Part shown: positions 12,801 through 26,665 of the stretch, one piece after another
Layout of the letters: each line of letters begins with the position of its first letter
Numbering within the stretch: the first letter of the stretch is position 1
Assembly (NCBI RefSeq): GCF_003704095.1
Contig: NW_020844806.1
Span: forward strand, 124,001 to 188,000
DNA length: 64,000 bases
Direction of reading: 5' to 3'
Origin: Pocillopora damicornis
Taxonomy: Eukaryota
The notes under the pieces: generated by a model
Databases searched by the model: none
Seen by the model: only the letters and a program-made list of their open reading frames with translations
What the model was told of the DNA's origin: nothing
Position numbers and translations under genes: made by a program

Positions 12801-15800
12801 TAAAAAATCTACAGTTCCATTTCCAGTCGCCTTCATGTTGAGTTTGTGGTCCCCTTTCATATATGTTCTGAAAATTTCCAAGAAACCAAATACTTTCCCG
12901 CACGTTTTGTTGTTGTTGTTGTAATAATCTCCAGTAATAATCTCTTTAGCAACATATATGTAATTTGCATTGGTCCTTTGATTCCTACCCGCCTGACCCA
13001 CCCAGTTGCTCCAGGAGGACTCCGAAGTTTTCTAACCTCTAATCACACGGCATCCAACTTGGACTCCTTCAAGGAGAAGCACGCGTCTGTTCTCATCAAC
13101 AACCTAAAAATGACAGTGTTACTTCACGAAACTTAAGGCTCAAGCATTGGGGGCGCAAAGTAGCGGAAACTTTCGTCACCACAGTGTTTAAGTAGTCAAT
13201 ATAATTGGAGATCTCTCTACTCTGTCAATCCGCATGTACTCCAACAATTGCGCACACACCATATTTTTCTTCAACATGCGTCCGTTGTGACCGGCGGCTT
13301 ACTAAAGTGCGTAATCTTCCCCTTTCACATGTTCATTGTGCGGAAAGAAACGCGAACATATTATGTAGAAATTCCATATAATGAGTTTTAAATACAAGGA
13401 AATGTTTCTTACTTTGACATCAAAAGCAGATTCTTTTCCGTAGCGGTAGGAATTCTTATTTCCGCGATCCCATTGAACCTCGACCCAACCTGAAAGCAAA
13501 TGTGATCCCATCAGATTACACACTCAGCGAAAGATGAAAAAATGGAAATGACTTTGAGGAGGGTCTCAATGGGATTAACCTATAGCCGTAAAACAGCCAA
13601 AATTTAATCGTTAGGTGTAAGAATTGACAAATTTTAACCGTCAGTTGCAAAAATATTAACCGTAAAAAAAATTATGGTTATCGCAATGGAAAGATATTAA
13701 CCGATAGCCTTAAATTGGCTAAAAATTAATTTTAACCGTAAAAGCCATCAGCTCATTAAGACCCTCCTTGGGACATATCACATAAATTCTGTTATGGTGG
13801 AATCAAGCTTGCAAAGTCGAAATTGACATTGTCGAGTTTTGTCAAAGAAACGAATTGGAAAAGAAAAACGTCTGTATTTTCTGAGCGAGAATTTACCGAG
13901 TGGCAGCATGCAGATGACTAGATAAACCAACTCCTTACTCACCGCACTGTTTCATCATTTTCTCTTCACGCTCAGGTAATAGGAATCCTGCATCAAAATC
14001 TCGCCGCTATCTAACGTGGGTCTTGTGAGTGTTTTATAAATCAATTATTTAGAAATAAAACAAAGACAGAGCGGAAACAAAAACAGAAGACAACATAGCA
14101 AAACCAAAACAACAACAGCGGAAATCACAATGACAAAACAAATTAAGTGTGAATAAAGACTGAACTTCGAGTTTGGTGTTTTTAGATAAATGAATAGTTT
14201 AAAAGAAGGTTTGCAGTTATACAGGAGCCTACCAAGACTTTTTTTCACAATAAAACTAATTATCACATTCTCCATCCCTACTGGCTCTGCACTTGGATTC
14301 ACAGGACGCAGTATGAAGTTAGCTATCAAAATCCTAACTGACCAGGCGTTCCTCCAGCATCCACTACTGTACCAACTCTCCCTCCATCTTGGTCGCCCCA
14401 TTTCCAGTGCGGTCCTCTGCGAACACGTGTCCCCGGTGGGGGAGGTCTGGGATAGTTCTAAGGAGTAATAATAACAACAGCTCCGACATGACATGTACTA
14501 TTTTGAAATTTTATTTCAGTGCAAAGAGGCTTAGCACTGATTACTTGCGGGTCTGTGAGTGTTTAGCTATCTACCTTTCAGTTATTTGTTAATTTATTTT
14601 AGCCATTTGTCATTTTGCTAGTTCTCCGAGGTTGCTGCTGATAAAGGCCATAAAATTAAGCATGAGAGGGAAGACAACACGACACCAACAATAACAACGG
14701 AAACTATATAAGTGCCACTTTCTTTATACTTTCTACTGCATTCGCAAATCTTGCTGAAATATCTCTGCGTGTATCCAGATTGGTCAGTAGTTCAATTTCA
14801 TGGTTACTGTTTCTCTCCCGTATTAATTGAAGACAAGGAAGTACCATCAAAAGCATCAAGTTCAAAAATAAACTTCGCACAAAGCAAAATGTATACTACT
14901 CACCCCATTATCGTCATCGTCATCGTCTGCAACCAACATGGCCAATAAAAGAGCCATGAAAGGACGCTGCAAAAAGAAATAACAAACGAACAAGTGTAAA
15001 ACTGTCTTGCGCGTGTGTGCAACGTTTTTCCTTGTGAAAAGTAAGATTGAGAGCTATGGTAAACTTGAGTTTAGTAATCTAAACATTTTTTTTTGTTCCC
15101 TTCCCGGCCCTCTCCATTCTAACCCAGTTCCTCGGATAATTATCCTTAGCCCTGGCAAGAGTTTGATATTAATGGAACTGAGCTATCAATTCTCTCATCC
15201 ATGCATTGATAACTCTCTTACCAGTTCCCTTTCTTCCATGTCTTCGCCGAGACTTCGCATAAACTGTTGCAGCACAAGCAAGTTCCTAAGTTGTGTCATA
15301 TCTGTGGAATAGGAAAATAAACAAAACAAAGCTTCTTGTTTGTCATTTGTCACATAGAAATCAGTTTTTCAGATTCGTGAGAATTTTTAGCATCTGGCTT
15401 TTGGTTGAGCAAATTTTGGCAAATGCAACTGAAATCTACTAAAAAAAGTAAGAATGATATTACACTGAGGTTACCATGTTGCCAATGAAATTGAGCCACT
15501 CTGCTGGTTAATGTTTTAAAGTTCACCAAGAGTCTCCAAATTTTGGAAATAAAACCTCCACCCCGCCCATTTTATGATGAACCCCTTAACATTTTCGCAG
15601 TGCGAATTCAGTCGTCTAATATCGTATATCAGTATAACACTAAAAAAAAAGGGAATTGAATGCATAGGGTTGAATGTTACTCTATTCTGTGTGGCAGTAC
15701 ACTTATGTATGTGATGTTTTAAAGTGAAAGACATGATGAACCCCTTCCCCCTCCACCCTCAACTACAGAGGACAAGCTGTTCCAAGAAAACGTTTTGAAA

Positions 15801-18800
15801 AGGCGAACTCCCCCCTGAAATGGCAAATTTCTTATTTCACTATACATTTGAAATAGTTATCACAAAACAAAGTTAAGAGTTGACTCTATGGTTTAAATTT
15901 AAGGAAATAAAGTATTGGTTCCAGTGCAACGGATATTTATGGTCAGCAAACTCACCATGGGAAAACTGGGCGATAAAACGTGATAGCAACACTTGGCGCT
16001 TAAAAAAAGTGCTGAGTTCATCCATGTTTTGCACCATCACGTACATTCCTCCAGTTGTTTGTGCAATGCTTGCCAAAAGTTTCTAAAATTTCACAAAGAG
16101 CACAAATCAGGTATTTAGTTTTCTAATTGACAAACGGCAAATGGTTGAGTTTTGGGGGAAATCTTCAGCTCCTAATGATAGTCAAGCGTAAGTTTTTATT
16201 GTGTTTGTTTTGTTTTGTGTCTGTTCCTAGATCTGTTTCGTTTGTTTATTTTGGGGGTCGGAGGGGAGGGTGGGTGGGGAGCTATTGCAACAAGCCATGG
16301 GCTAAATTAAACGGGGACAAAAAGCGCTCATCATAAACTCTATAAATTCCGGAAATGAGGTACATTTAATATCTCCTTACAAAATCAACATGTCATTCAG
16401 CAGACAGGTAGCGATAGCCACAGGTCGTAATTGATATATTTATGTTTGATTGTTTTAACTTAACTAAAAGGAATCACGGCAGCTTGATGGAAGAATTACT
16501 ACCTCTCTATTGTCTTTTAAAAAAAGAATAAGCGAACAAGTTACTCAGTAAAATTCACAGACAAAGTCAAGTCTTACGTTCGCGCAAAATGTCTAGCTAT
16601 CAGGGTTTTTGAATCGTTAAACACCAAGACAACAATCATCCTTTAATTTGCGTAATGCGTCGTGTTCTCGATAAGAAACCTAGCGCTCAAAGTGTCCTTT
16701 ATGGGAGTGTTGTGGGGAAAAATTAACGAGCCTACGATGAAAAGGGATATATCAGTTCGCTAAGGAAGACTGGTAAAAACGCCTAACTTATTATTGTCAA
16801 CGAAACTTGGAAAGCCACTAGACAGCGAGGCTTGTTGACTCGTGCTACTTTACTTTTTTCTAATTTACAAATTCAATTTACCTTATCAGCATTTCCACAG
16901 CCAACGCAGGCGATTGGGATCTTATAAGGAAGACCAACTTCTTGCCAGCGAGGACCAAAGAGCACAGCGACTAATAGCACTGCAGTCAAGGCCTAAAATA
17001 AAATTGGCGAAAGCTCAACGTAAACACTCATGTCTAAAATGCTAAACCGACTGAAAGATCTTATCAAAATGTACGAGACGCTTAGAAATGCTATTTAAGC
17101 GTTGCAATAAACAATGATTTTAACTAATGGTTTGCGGCAAGATATATAAGCCAAGCTAAGTAAAGTGATCGGTAATACCGCCAATCCATATTCATATCAC
17201 GTAGCCGAAAGTGCATGGATTTAAAGCTCCATTTATTCCCCGGTGAGGAGGATTAAGTTTCTGTTTATTTTATTCCAAACGTTATCGTTTTAATGCCGGA
17301 AAAAGGACACCGTTTTATCTTTTACAGTCTTGCCTGTTCATTTTCACGTCCATTTTCATCAGTAGGTTTCCCGTCAGTCATGAGAATGATGCGTGGACAA
17401 AGCTTCCTTCCATTGACATTGACAACACCACCTTAGAAAGTAAACAGTCCGAAAGACAAGAAAGCGTGTATAACTTCCGTGTTCGACACAGTTAATGACA
17501 TTTACTGTCTATATTTGGTTGCTTCATTGGCTTCGTGACATGAAATGTAATCTACTCATTTCTCTGTAACCAAAATGGAATCGCGTGCTAATTACTTTAA
17601 ACGTACTTGTCTCTTTCTTGAGGTGGAAAAAAAAAGGATGAGGTCATATAAAATCTTGTTTCTACTGTCAAGAAGCAATATTAAGTTTTGCCTCATCAGC
17701 AGTTATCGTCTTACCATTTTTTCCAATCTCCTGTAGTGCCATCAGCAAACCATCTTTCATTGGGGTGGTTCCATTAGCTCTAAGTCCACCTGAAACAAAA
17801 GAAATCATCCCTCAGGAAACGAACAACAAGCCCATCACGAGATATGATTAGAACTTTCTTTTGTCATGTCAATCTTCTTAAGAAGAGATTCCATGACATC
17901 TTGACCTCTTTTTCCCCTGAGGCAACTTGGAAAGGCTGAATTCAAACAGGCGTTAAAAATTCAAATTTATGTTCTTGAAATTAGTTAGAACAGCTTCACG
18001 TAATTTTAAAACTCAGGTACCCTCCATATGTCAACCCATGTATAGTTTCATTAAAACAGAAGATCGGGTAGAATTCATGGCTAATCTATAGAATTTCAAA
18101 CGAAGAAAGGAGTGAAACTTACGAATTTTCAATTTGAGACTTGGATAGTTGTTTGATAAACTATGCAATATTTGCGTCCTCGCCCCAAACTCTACTATGG
18201 CAACATTTTCCTGAGTGTAAAAAGCAAATACATATCGATTAAGAAATCAAACTACTAACTAAAAAGATATGCACCTATAAAAACTCGAAACGCGGAAAAT
18301 AAAATACATTGTATACGTACAGTAAGTTAACTCAAGCTCAGAGCAAAAAACAAGATCGAAGACAAAGCACTGAGAGACAAATGCACAAGCCAGAGATTTT
18401 AGCTCTACTCCCTATAACGACGATAACTGCTTAGTCGCAAAGAAGAAATTAATTGAATTTTGACAGGATCCATCCAGAAGCATGTTTTTAAAACGGCTAC
18501 TTTTCAGTGAAAAGTCTCCTCAGCCGTTGCTTCTTCAAATAAAAGTTACGTGGACCTCAATGCACAAAACTGTTAGTCATTTTGGCGAAGCAAATCCATT
18601 CCAGCGCGGGTTTTTTATTTTTCTGAAAACTTACGCATTGATGAAAATTTGAGAACGACAATGTAATTAATCCAAATAGATCATATGAACAGGTTAGAAC
18701 AGGAGTAAGCTGAGACAAAGCAGTTGCCTATTATAATCACTTATCAGATAAATTCCTGGAAAACCGGAAGTTGCGACATGCTCGCCATTTTCCGAGAAAC

Positions 18801-19280
18801 TTAATCGAGGTCGCAGTAGAGATCACTTCCAGATCTCATTCAGACACTGGTTCGCTTAATTAAAACTCTAGGATGCAATAGATGTTACTAGTCTCTTTAA
18901 TGAATTACTTTTCGTTCTTTAATTTGGGAATTGAGTTAAGGAAGTCCCGGTTAACGGAAGTAACCATATTGTTTAACGCATCAAAGCTAATCAGTAACCA
19001 GAAAGCTTGTTTTTTGTTTTTGTTTTTGTTTTCTTTTTTAAGTATGTTTGATTACATGAACGTTTCCCATGTACAAATCCTTCTTTACCAGCCATACAAT
19101 CGTTCTTTTATAATAACCCCATGGATCGCCACTTCTCACCTTCAAATTCGCCTGCTTTGCAGTTTCCTCGACTCCTTCCAGAAATTTGAGCGCAGCAGCT
19201 TTTAGCTGGTTGATTCCCTCATTGTTATTCCAACCCATGGATCCCGAAGTGTCGAGACATAAGACTGTATCCAAAGGCAT
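9865..19280 (-). CDS. VWA + two MIB/HERC2 domains + C-terminal CaaX protein (~425 aa, 14 coding exons)
   Basis: Phase-consistent exons: 19280-19140, 18210-18123, 17789-17715, 17431-17334 (GC donor), 16992-16882, 16082-15956, 15301-15222, 14966-14904, 14457-14343, 13489-13413, 13103-13037, 12620-12538, 10288-10211, 9939-9865. VWA MIDAS motifs: LCLDTSGSM, GTTP, IILMTDG, and late IAQTTGG. MIB/HERC2 repeats: GTRVRRGPHWKWGDQDGG..GWVEVQWDRGNKNSYRYG and GCRVIRGPDWKWGNQDGG..VRWPNGNTNTYRDG. Ends CLVM*. Confidence 0.88.
10989..11280 (+). pseudogene. Transposon accessory-protein fragment (SAP-like N-terminus; YqaJ/SWIM-type ORF remnant)
   Basis: MSVAELKKYLQERGISASG is SAP-like. After a stop/frameshift, PPFGLYDIFNYL resembles the PxxxxxDIxNYL motif of ISL2EU second ORFs (recalled, not searched). 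Confidence 0.55.
11522..11775 (-). pseudogene. THAP zinc-finger transposase fragment
   Basis: Manual translation VFHFPGAVRQK*RR*RWIRLCHRGDSFVCTKDSYVCSLHFVGGNGPTEEDPDP shows the THAP FP..W..CxxHF signature with two in-frame stops, followed by a GTAAGT donor. Confidence 0.75.
13557..13768. mobile_element. Small MITE-like element (intronic)
   Basis: Imperfect TIRs AGGAGGGTCTCAATGGG / CTCATTAAGACCCTCCT and internal TAACCG repeats. Confidence 0.6.
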
Positions 19281-22200
19281 CCTGTTGGCAGTGAACGGTT
19301 CTATTCACTCTTTATGGTGATGGAATAATGAGAGCACTGTATAATATAAAACAGATATTGTCTTTAATTGTTATGTGAATCCGTTGTGTACGCTTTCGTC
19401 GACGGCCTTCTCAAACAATACGCGATAAATTTATGAATAAAAACCACTCACTAATGACACATTTGTTCCTAAACGTTCTACAAGTTATTAAAAACACATA
19501 GTTACCCTCTTTGCTCCACTTTCCGGTAGGCAGCTTAGAGGAGATAATTAACTCAGATTTCTGTTTTGTTTTTGAAGCATTTAAATTTGATCGTGTTATG
19601 GCGTAGACAGAATTGCTTTGTATGCACCCATGCAAATCGAATCCGTAGAACTGTCTTCGAATTCCCTAAAATAGAGAAGTTTCTGCTGTGTTTATAGCGT
19701 GAACAAAACTCGTGCACCGGGTGAGAAAGCTCGTTACTTTAAAGCAAACTGCAAACTATTCACTTTAACGCTACTCCCTCACTCGTAGCAAAGACGTGGA
19801 TACTTCCGGGATGTGTCGTCGATTGGTCTTTCATTTTCTCTTTGTCTTTGCAATCGCGACATCAGTGAAATAACAAATGATTGAACTTTGTTTGAGATGT
19901 CGTTTGACAGTCCTCTTACCTAACAATTCACTGCTTTGGTGATTGAAACTGCACTGATAGTGGTTTATAGCTATCGCTTTCAAGTCTTGTTCTTAGCTTC
20001 GAGTTTTGCACCTTTGGCTGCGACACTAAACAACACCCAGAATAAATTCTGGTTTAACCGGTTTTGTTATCATTAAGCCTCGGTTTGGTTCGTGACGTGG
20101 AGGAGAAAGGTCACGATAGTTGATTCTCTCTGGTGGAAAGAGAAAGGATTGAGAGTGGCGTGCGGCACTTAATGAGTTGGCAGAAATCGGATCCTTGTGG
20201 GATCGCCACGGAGCAAACATTGCAAGTTGCTAGAAAGAAATAAATAGCGAAATGTTGTTTCGACGCCAAATGAACGATTTTGGAGAGAGATGAGCAATTT
20301 TTCGTCGCTGTGTTATCATAAATCGATTTAGGTAATGTTGATAAAAGGGAACCGTAAGTTTTTGTTTATCTTTGTGAAATTGGCTTAACGTTATCACCGA
20401 CGCGAACAACGGACAACCAGACAATTCCACTGGCAAGCGAAGGATCGTAGAATAAATTAATAAAAAAATCGTTCATCAACAGGGCTAAGTTGATCCAGTC
20501 CGGTTTAGGTGTGTAGGGGGCCGGACGAGGGGCGGTGGTAGAAAATGGGCTCTGATATTAATTAGCTTAAGTACCCTAGCGGGATTATTAGACTTCTAAC
20601 TCCGCAAAGCTAAAGGCTGTACAGATTCAATACTACACAACTGGTTAAATTATAACAATGGTTTCTCTGCTGCACTGTACATGGAGGCCCTAGCGCCGGG
20701 TCGACCCCTAAAGATATCTACCCAAGTCGATGATTTCTACGCTCGGAATTTACCTGACAACCACAGTTAGCTGTTTAAATTAATTTTCAGAGGGAGTCAA
20801 TACTACTATCCGTTTTACCCATTTAAGCAGAAAATTCTGCTCAAAATTGACTCCATAGGGATAATCCTACATTTCCGCTGTATAGCATGCTGCTTTCCAC
20901 TGTTTGTTCAATAACAAGCCTCTGCAATGCAGTCGCGGTGTTATCAAAAAGAAGTAATCCTCTCTTAGAGGGAATCTGTATTATCCTTTTAGCAATAACA
21001 AATGGATGACTAGTATGCACTCCGCTGCTTCGTCTAAATCAACATTGTCATTTGGCACAAGTCCATGCCAAAAAGTAGGGAAAAAATAAATGGATTAAAA
21101 TGAAAAAGAAGAGGAAAAGTTGTGAAAATAATATTAAAAAACACAATATCAATAACACTATGGCGTAGAAAAGAGGGAGAAAAGAGTCGAAAGTGTCAAA
21201 AGCCTTCATTGGCGAACGACTTTTTTGTTTATGTAGGAACTGAGAGATAGCTTTTTGACCGAAAAACACTCTTAACCCCATGCAGGTATTCAGTGAGGGG
21301 CAACTCTTGCGGAATAAAGCTGAAGAGCGCCAGTGTATGTTTACATCAACCCAATCAAAATAATCGTTGGGTACTGTGCGAAGCCAAAGTAAATAAGCTA
21401 TTGCACAATCGGCTAAAGGGGGGCGATTACGCATCATTTCAATTTGTTGTCCGTAGGTCGCCTTAAATAGACTTTTTTTTACGGAAAATGAAATGTAAAA
21501 ATGGACTTTCAAATTTTTCAGTTCTATTTCCAAGCTTAAAATTATTCCTCTCGATTATTAGCGCGCTAAAAAAATAAATGAGGGTGCTGTTGTGAAAGTA
21601 AGGCCGACGTGAACACAAGAAATGATACCCATTAGGATACGTATGTAAAATAACAACTTAGAACATTCATATCACCTGCCGACTTTAAACGTTTAGATTT
21701 CGCCTTTGCTGTCGGAGGTTTAGCCAGTTATAAAAAAATATTTTGCCCCGGGGTATCTAAAACAGAGAGCCGAAGCTGTGCCGAAGAAAACTAAACGAAA
21801 CCAGTAAAGTAGCGAATAAAATTGGAAATGAGCTAAAACCGTGGGAGAGCAATATCATTATCTTAGCACTTCTTTTTTTATTCACCGGAGGAGGTCAGTA
21901 TAACCCGACTTCCAGGCTACAAATCATTCGTATCGGATGTATGTAGATTTTGCGAGTTACATCGACAATTTCCTAAACGCACCGTGCAACTGCTCAAACT
22001 GCAAATTACAATTGTAAAAAACACCATAGCGCAAATAAAAGGTGACGGACTTCAAAGTGACTGTCGACGATTGTTTTTCTTTTTTAAAAGCGTACAGACA
22101 GGACCTATCACACTTTATGTCTTTCTGGCTCCTCTTGTTGTTTACACATTACGATAAGTGTCCTAGAAGCAATGCATTTAGCAAACCTTAGAGGCGCTGA

Positions 22201-22814
22201 ATAGCCCTAACACACCACCTCTTTATTAATATTCAAGCTACTATCCATATGTGTTAAAAAAGATAATGATCATGTAGTCTTTATTCAGAGACAAATTCAG
22301 TTTATTTTATCGAACGCTTTTCGGATTTTTGACACCTCGCTGCCTTGATTGGTAAATAAACATGTCCCTTTCTACGTCCAAATAAGGAAAACTGTAATCA
22401 TTTGCTGCTGAATTTTTTCTAAACTTTAGGATATTAATTTAAATTCTAAAGCCCTGTTTTTCATGGTTTTGTCACTAACCAATTGAATACAAGGTAATTA
22501 TCCCTTTGCATTTAACTTGGTTTCATAAATCGAGAAAAGCTTTTGGAGCGAAGAAAACGATAGTTCCCGTGTTTGTTATTTAAATTCTGACACCTGTCAC
22601 TCTCAGATAACCCTGTCTATTTAATATTAATAGCACGTGAAATTCAAGGCGATGTAAACAAGATTCTGCCTCCCTGTTTCTGCCAGGGGCAGGATTAGAT
22701 CAAAGTGGTTACTAGAGCTTAGGACGTGATCTCCTCGTCTGGTAGAACAATTTGTTCTTGAAATTGTAAGAAATATTTCATACAATGTTATTTGTAACAG
22801 ACAAACCCGTTTCC

Positions 22815-23195
22815 ATGAATGAATGGAAGGAAATTCAACGTGCTGATGTAGAGAAAGTTTACGCACGCAAAAGTTCAAGCGAAGATGTCGAAATTTTGAG
22901 GCAAAGTATGGAAACCAACCAGGCGCGTTGTGAAGTGGCAAAACAACAGAACGCTCCAGTACAGGTCAAGGGCGGCAGGATCCGTCGCCATTCTTCGTAC
23001 GAGCCGAATCTCGATGATATTTTAGAGGAAGACGTCGATGGTAACGGAAGAGAGCATAACCGAGACCTTGCCGAGATACATCGCGAGCGAGCTCGTAACT
23101 CACGGGTGCTGAAGAAAGATCGAGAGGGACGAACCTGGCGAAAAAGACACTTTGTTAACAACAATTATACAAGACCGAGATCGTACACAGCTTAA
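22815..23195 (+). CDS. Small charged, probably disordered protein (~126 aa from ATG 22815; upstream exons possible)
   Basis: Coding-like composition in AT-rich surroundings, acceptor TGTAACAG at 22800, motifs RRHSS, LDDILEE, RPRSYT. No domain recognised. Confidence 0.6.
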   Translation: MNEWKEIQRADVEKVYARKSSSEDVEILRQSMETNQARCEVAKQQNAPVQVKGGRIRRHSSYEPNLDDILEEDVDGNGREHNRDLAEIHRERARNSRVLKKDREGRTWRKRHFVNNNYTRPRSYTA

Positions 23196-26100
23196 CTCTG
23201 GCGATTTGCCCATGTTGTTATTTCGAGGTGCGAAACGAATGAACCAAAAGCAAACATTTTGTTCAAGTCACGTGCAGACGAGCGCCATGTGCATATATAA
23301 CAAAAGCGTCAAAACATCTACACAAGATATCAGATATGAAATCCGAGTCCCTCGGGAATTTAAAGTCAGGCTCTCTTGCAGGAAAGCACATTTGAAATGC
23401 TGGAAAACATATAGACACTTCTTGATTTCTTGAAGGTTGCTTTGAAGAAAAGAAAATCTCATTGGGTTGTAAATGTAAACAGTAATCGCAATATCATGTT
23501 TTGATATTTTTAAACTTACGCATACCGTCGCGTCTTACAGCAAAACGGTGAGTGTGACACTTTGTTCTAGGTAGAAACTGTCATCGTGTGAGGTGTACAT
23601 AAAGAAGTAAAGGATCCCCTTTTTCTAGAGAGGTATCAGTTGTTCTTCGCAACATCTGAGAGGGTTTTGTATAAATTTACAAAGATAAGATCTTTTGGGT
23701 AGCTGCGCTGCCCATGTCGCCTTTTCTTTCAAGGTTTGTTCATCAAGGCGTGACATACACACGTTTTTCCACAGTATCGGAAAATGTTTTTCCTCAAACG
23801 ACCATGTTTACGAGCAAAGCGTTAATGATGTTAGTCATTAATCGCGCTAGTACAAGCATTTTATCTGCGAATAACATTTAAACGTTTGCTAAGCACAATT
23901 AACATGTTCTGAGTTTCAGTCTGTCGATGGGCCTATATCATACACAAATTCGTTTCCCAAATTGTTTGCTGATGAGACAAAATATTTTCAGAAACATGTC
24001 AGATCAAGTACACTTGGGTCTCATACGTAAATCAGTTTCCAAAAGATCGAAGAAATTGCTGTTTGACTGTAATGGTAATATTAGTGTTATTTTCCTCAAT
24101 AATCTTCGATCTTCTTTTGTAATTCAAATGACACTTTGTTAGTAGAGAGAAAAAACACATCCAAGATGTCCATGTTCAAACAGGGCAAATACCATCATCT
24201 TTCTATATTTCACTCATCATTCTTATTGAGTTTGTAGATAGACAACGCGTATCAAACCTCGAGTTATATATGTATTGAAGAAAAAAGTAATGATAAAGAA
24301 TTATGATAAAATTTATATTCTGTACAGTCAAATTAAAGTAAAATAAACGTGAAAGAGTTACATTTCTGCGGTGTGACACAAATCTTTACTCGTCTCTCAG
24401 CCTTTACTTACGATGTTTATCATGTAACACGTTCTAAAGAATTTTACAATACAGCGTTATTGATTCAGACCTGTAGAAATCGTAAGAATTGTTATTTTGA
24501 CTGGCTTTTTGTTTCTTTGTGTTTTTTTTTCCCTTTAGGTGATTCAGAAGACTATCTTTGTCTTGCTAAATCTTCCTGTACTGACTTATGCATTTATTCC
24601 TTATTTATTTATTCATTTCTGTATTTTTTGTAAAGTTAACATACACTTCAGAGTTAATGTTAAATAAGTAAAAAAAGTTCAGAACTTTGCGAGCAAAAGA
24701 ATTAAATATATCGCAAGATTCGACATCAACTTAATTATGTCTATTCATAAATTGGTTTCTTCGGCTAACATTAAACGAGAAGAAAATTTACATTTCAAAA
24801 AAGAAAAGACGAAAATATTAATTTTCTGGATGTACCAGTTGTTGCTACCAGGAAGATGCTATTGTCTGAACATGTCTTTATTAATAAACAAAGGCAGGAG
24901 GAGAATGGCAGGCTGTTCACGGCTTTTACCATATTTGTAAGCCTTTCACTATGGTGACTAATAACTTAACTAATAACAATTCCACAAGCCCAAAATTTAA
25001 CATTTCAAAGTACTTTATGATAGAGGGCTTCTAGTGGAAAGAAGCGCAAAATCGATATCGCTGACAAAATTCGCGCTGTATTTGAATAATGGCAACGTAC
25101 TTAATTTTCAACTCCGCAGATAATTTCTAGTCGACTAAAGGTTGATAAATCTTTCATTAGTGAGGTCGTTGCTTATAAGAAACTCTTCAAGTGTTTGTTA
25201 CCATTATGGTCGGCATGTTGAAAGATTGTTAAGAAATCAAATTAATCTTCGATAAAACCTCTTCCCTTAGTCAAAACAGCTTCACTTGAATCACGTCCGA
25301 ACCCCGAACAACTTTTTAAAATATATTTATAGTCTTTGATAGTTGTTACCATCATTTTAAAATTTGTTATTATTATTATTATTTCCAAGACCACCGTTGA
25401 CAACCCTAGGGGCTCTGAGAAAACCAATGCGGCCTAATGTCTTCGTTTCCCAAGCTAAATTGAAGTATTTCAGCACCGATTGTTTGAATAAGCAATGCTT
25501 TGCTAATCAGATGCAAGGAAATATATTTGATCCAATGAACGAATTAATACGTTGAGAAATCAGACTGTTATAGACTGTGGCAGGATGAAAACGTTATCAA
25601 GTTGTGCAATCACAAAAAGGCCGCTAAGTTCCAGATAATCCCAAGTATTTTGCAAAGCAGAAGCACAGGTTGAAAAAAAAAAAAAAAAGCAAAATCAATA
25701 GCGAAAAAACAAACAAAACAGTACGAAAGAAAAGGCCGCAAAAAAAAAAAAAAAAAAGCCATGGATTCACATATTTTTTTAAATTGATCGTCCTCGATTG
25801 AAGTATGAACATCGTGGAACCAGTAGTACTTCTTACGCATTTATAAGTCAGGTCGATAATCTTTATTAAGACGAAAAAAGGAGCAGAAATCAAAACCCAG
25901 CTGTTTTGTGATCGGTGAATGTAAATGGAGAAGCAGAACTGAAACTGCGAGCATGCGTATGGCTATCCAATTCTATCGTTTACCTTAACCAAAACAAACA
26001 GTCGCTAAATAAAGTATGGATGGTTCACCATGAGATGTACATCGTATGAAAATTAACTCGGAGGATCAAAAATGAAATTGCTATAAATTGTTGTTGGTCT

Positions 26101-26665
26101 GATGGTAAACTTCAAGGAGGCTGCTTAGTGTGGCTTAAAAGCTACTGGTGAGTTTATTCCGTCGATTAAAAAAAGCTCATTCGTGAAACCCAAAACTGTC
26201 GAACAAGAAAAGACAAGAAGGAAAAGAGAGTAGGGCACTGAGACGAGCTTGTTTGATCAACCTAATAAGGAAAGGAAGTTATTTTTTGTCAATACTTCAA
26301 TGCCTTTAATATATTTCTCCACGACAAGAAGCGATATTGAATCAACTGTCCCTGTAGAAATGACAGCTGCATCGTTTCATAACAAATAGAAATCAATCTA
26401 ACTTCACCCTGTCGGTGAACCAATGAGCAAATTTCTCGTTTAAATCTAAATTTGAGCGTCTTAATAAAGCCCGCAGTTTAAAGCCCCAGGCCTTTCTTCA
26501 AAAGCTATGTTAGTGTTGCATATGTCAAGACTCATCTAATAATCACCACATTTGCCGTTTCAGTCAAAGTCTATGACATTATTGATCGATGAATAGTTAC
26601 TCTTGACAACAATCAGAGATCACTTAGCGAAGGAGAGATTTTGAAATAAAAAACGGCCCTGTTAT

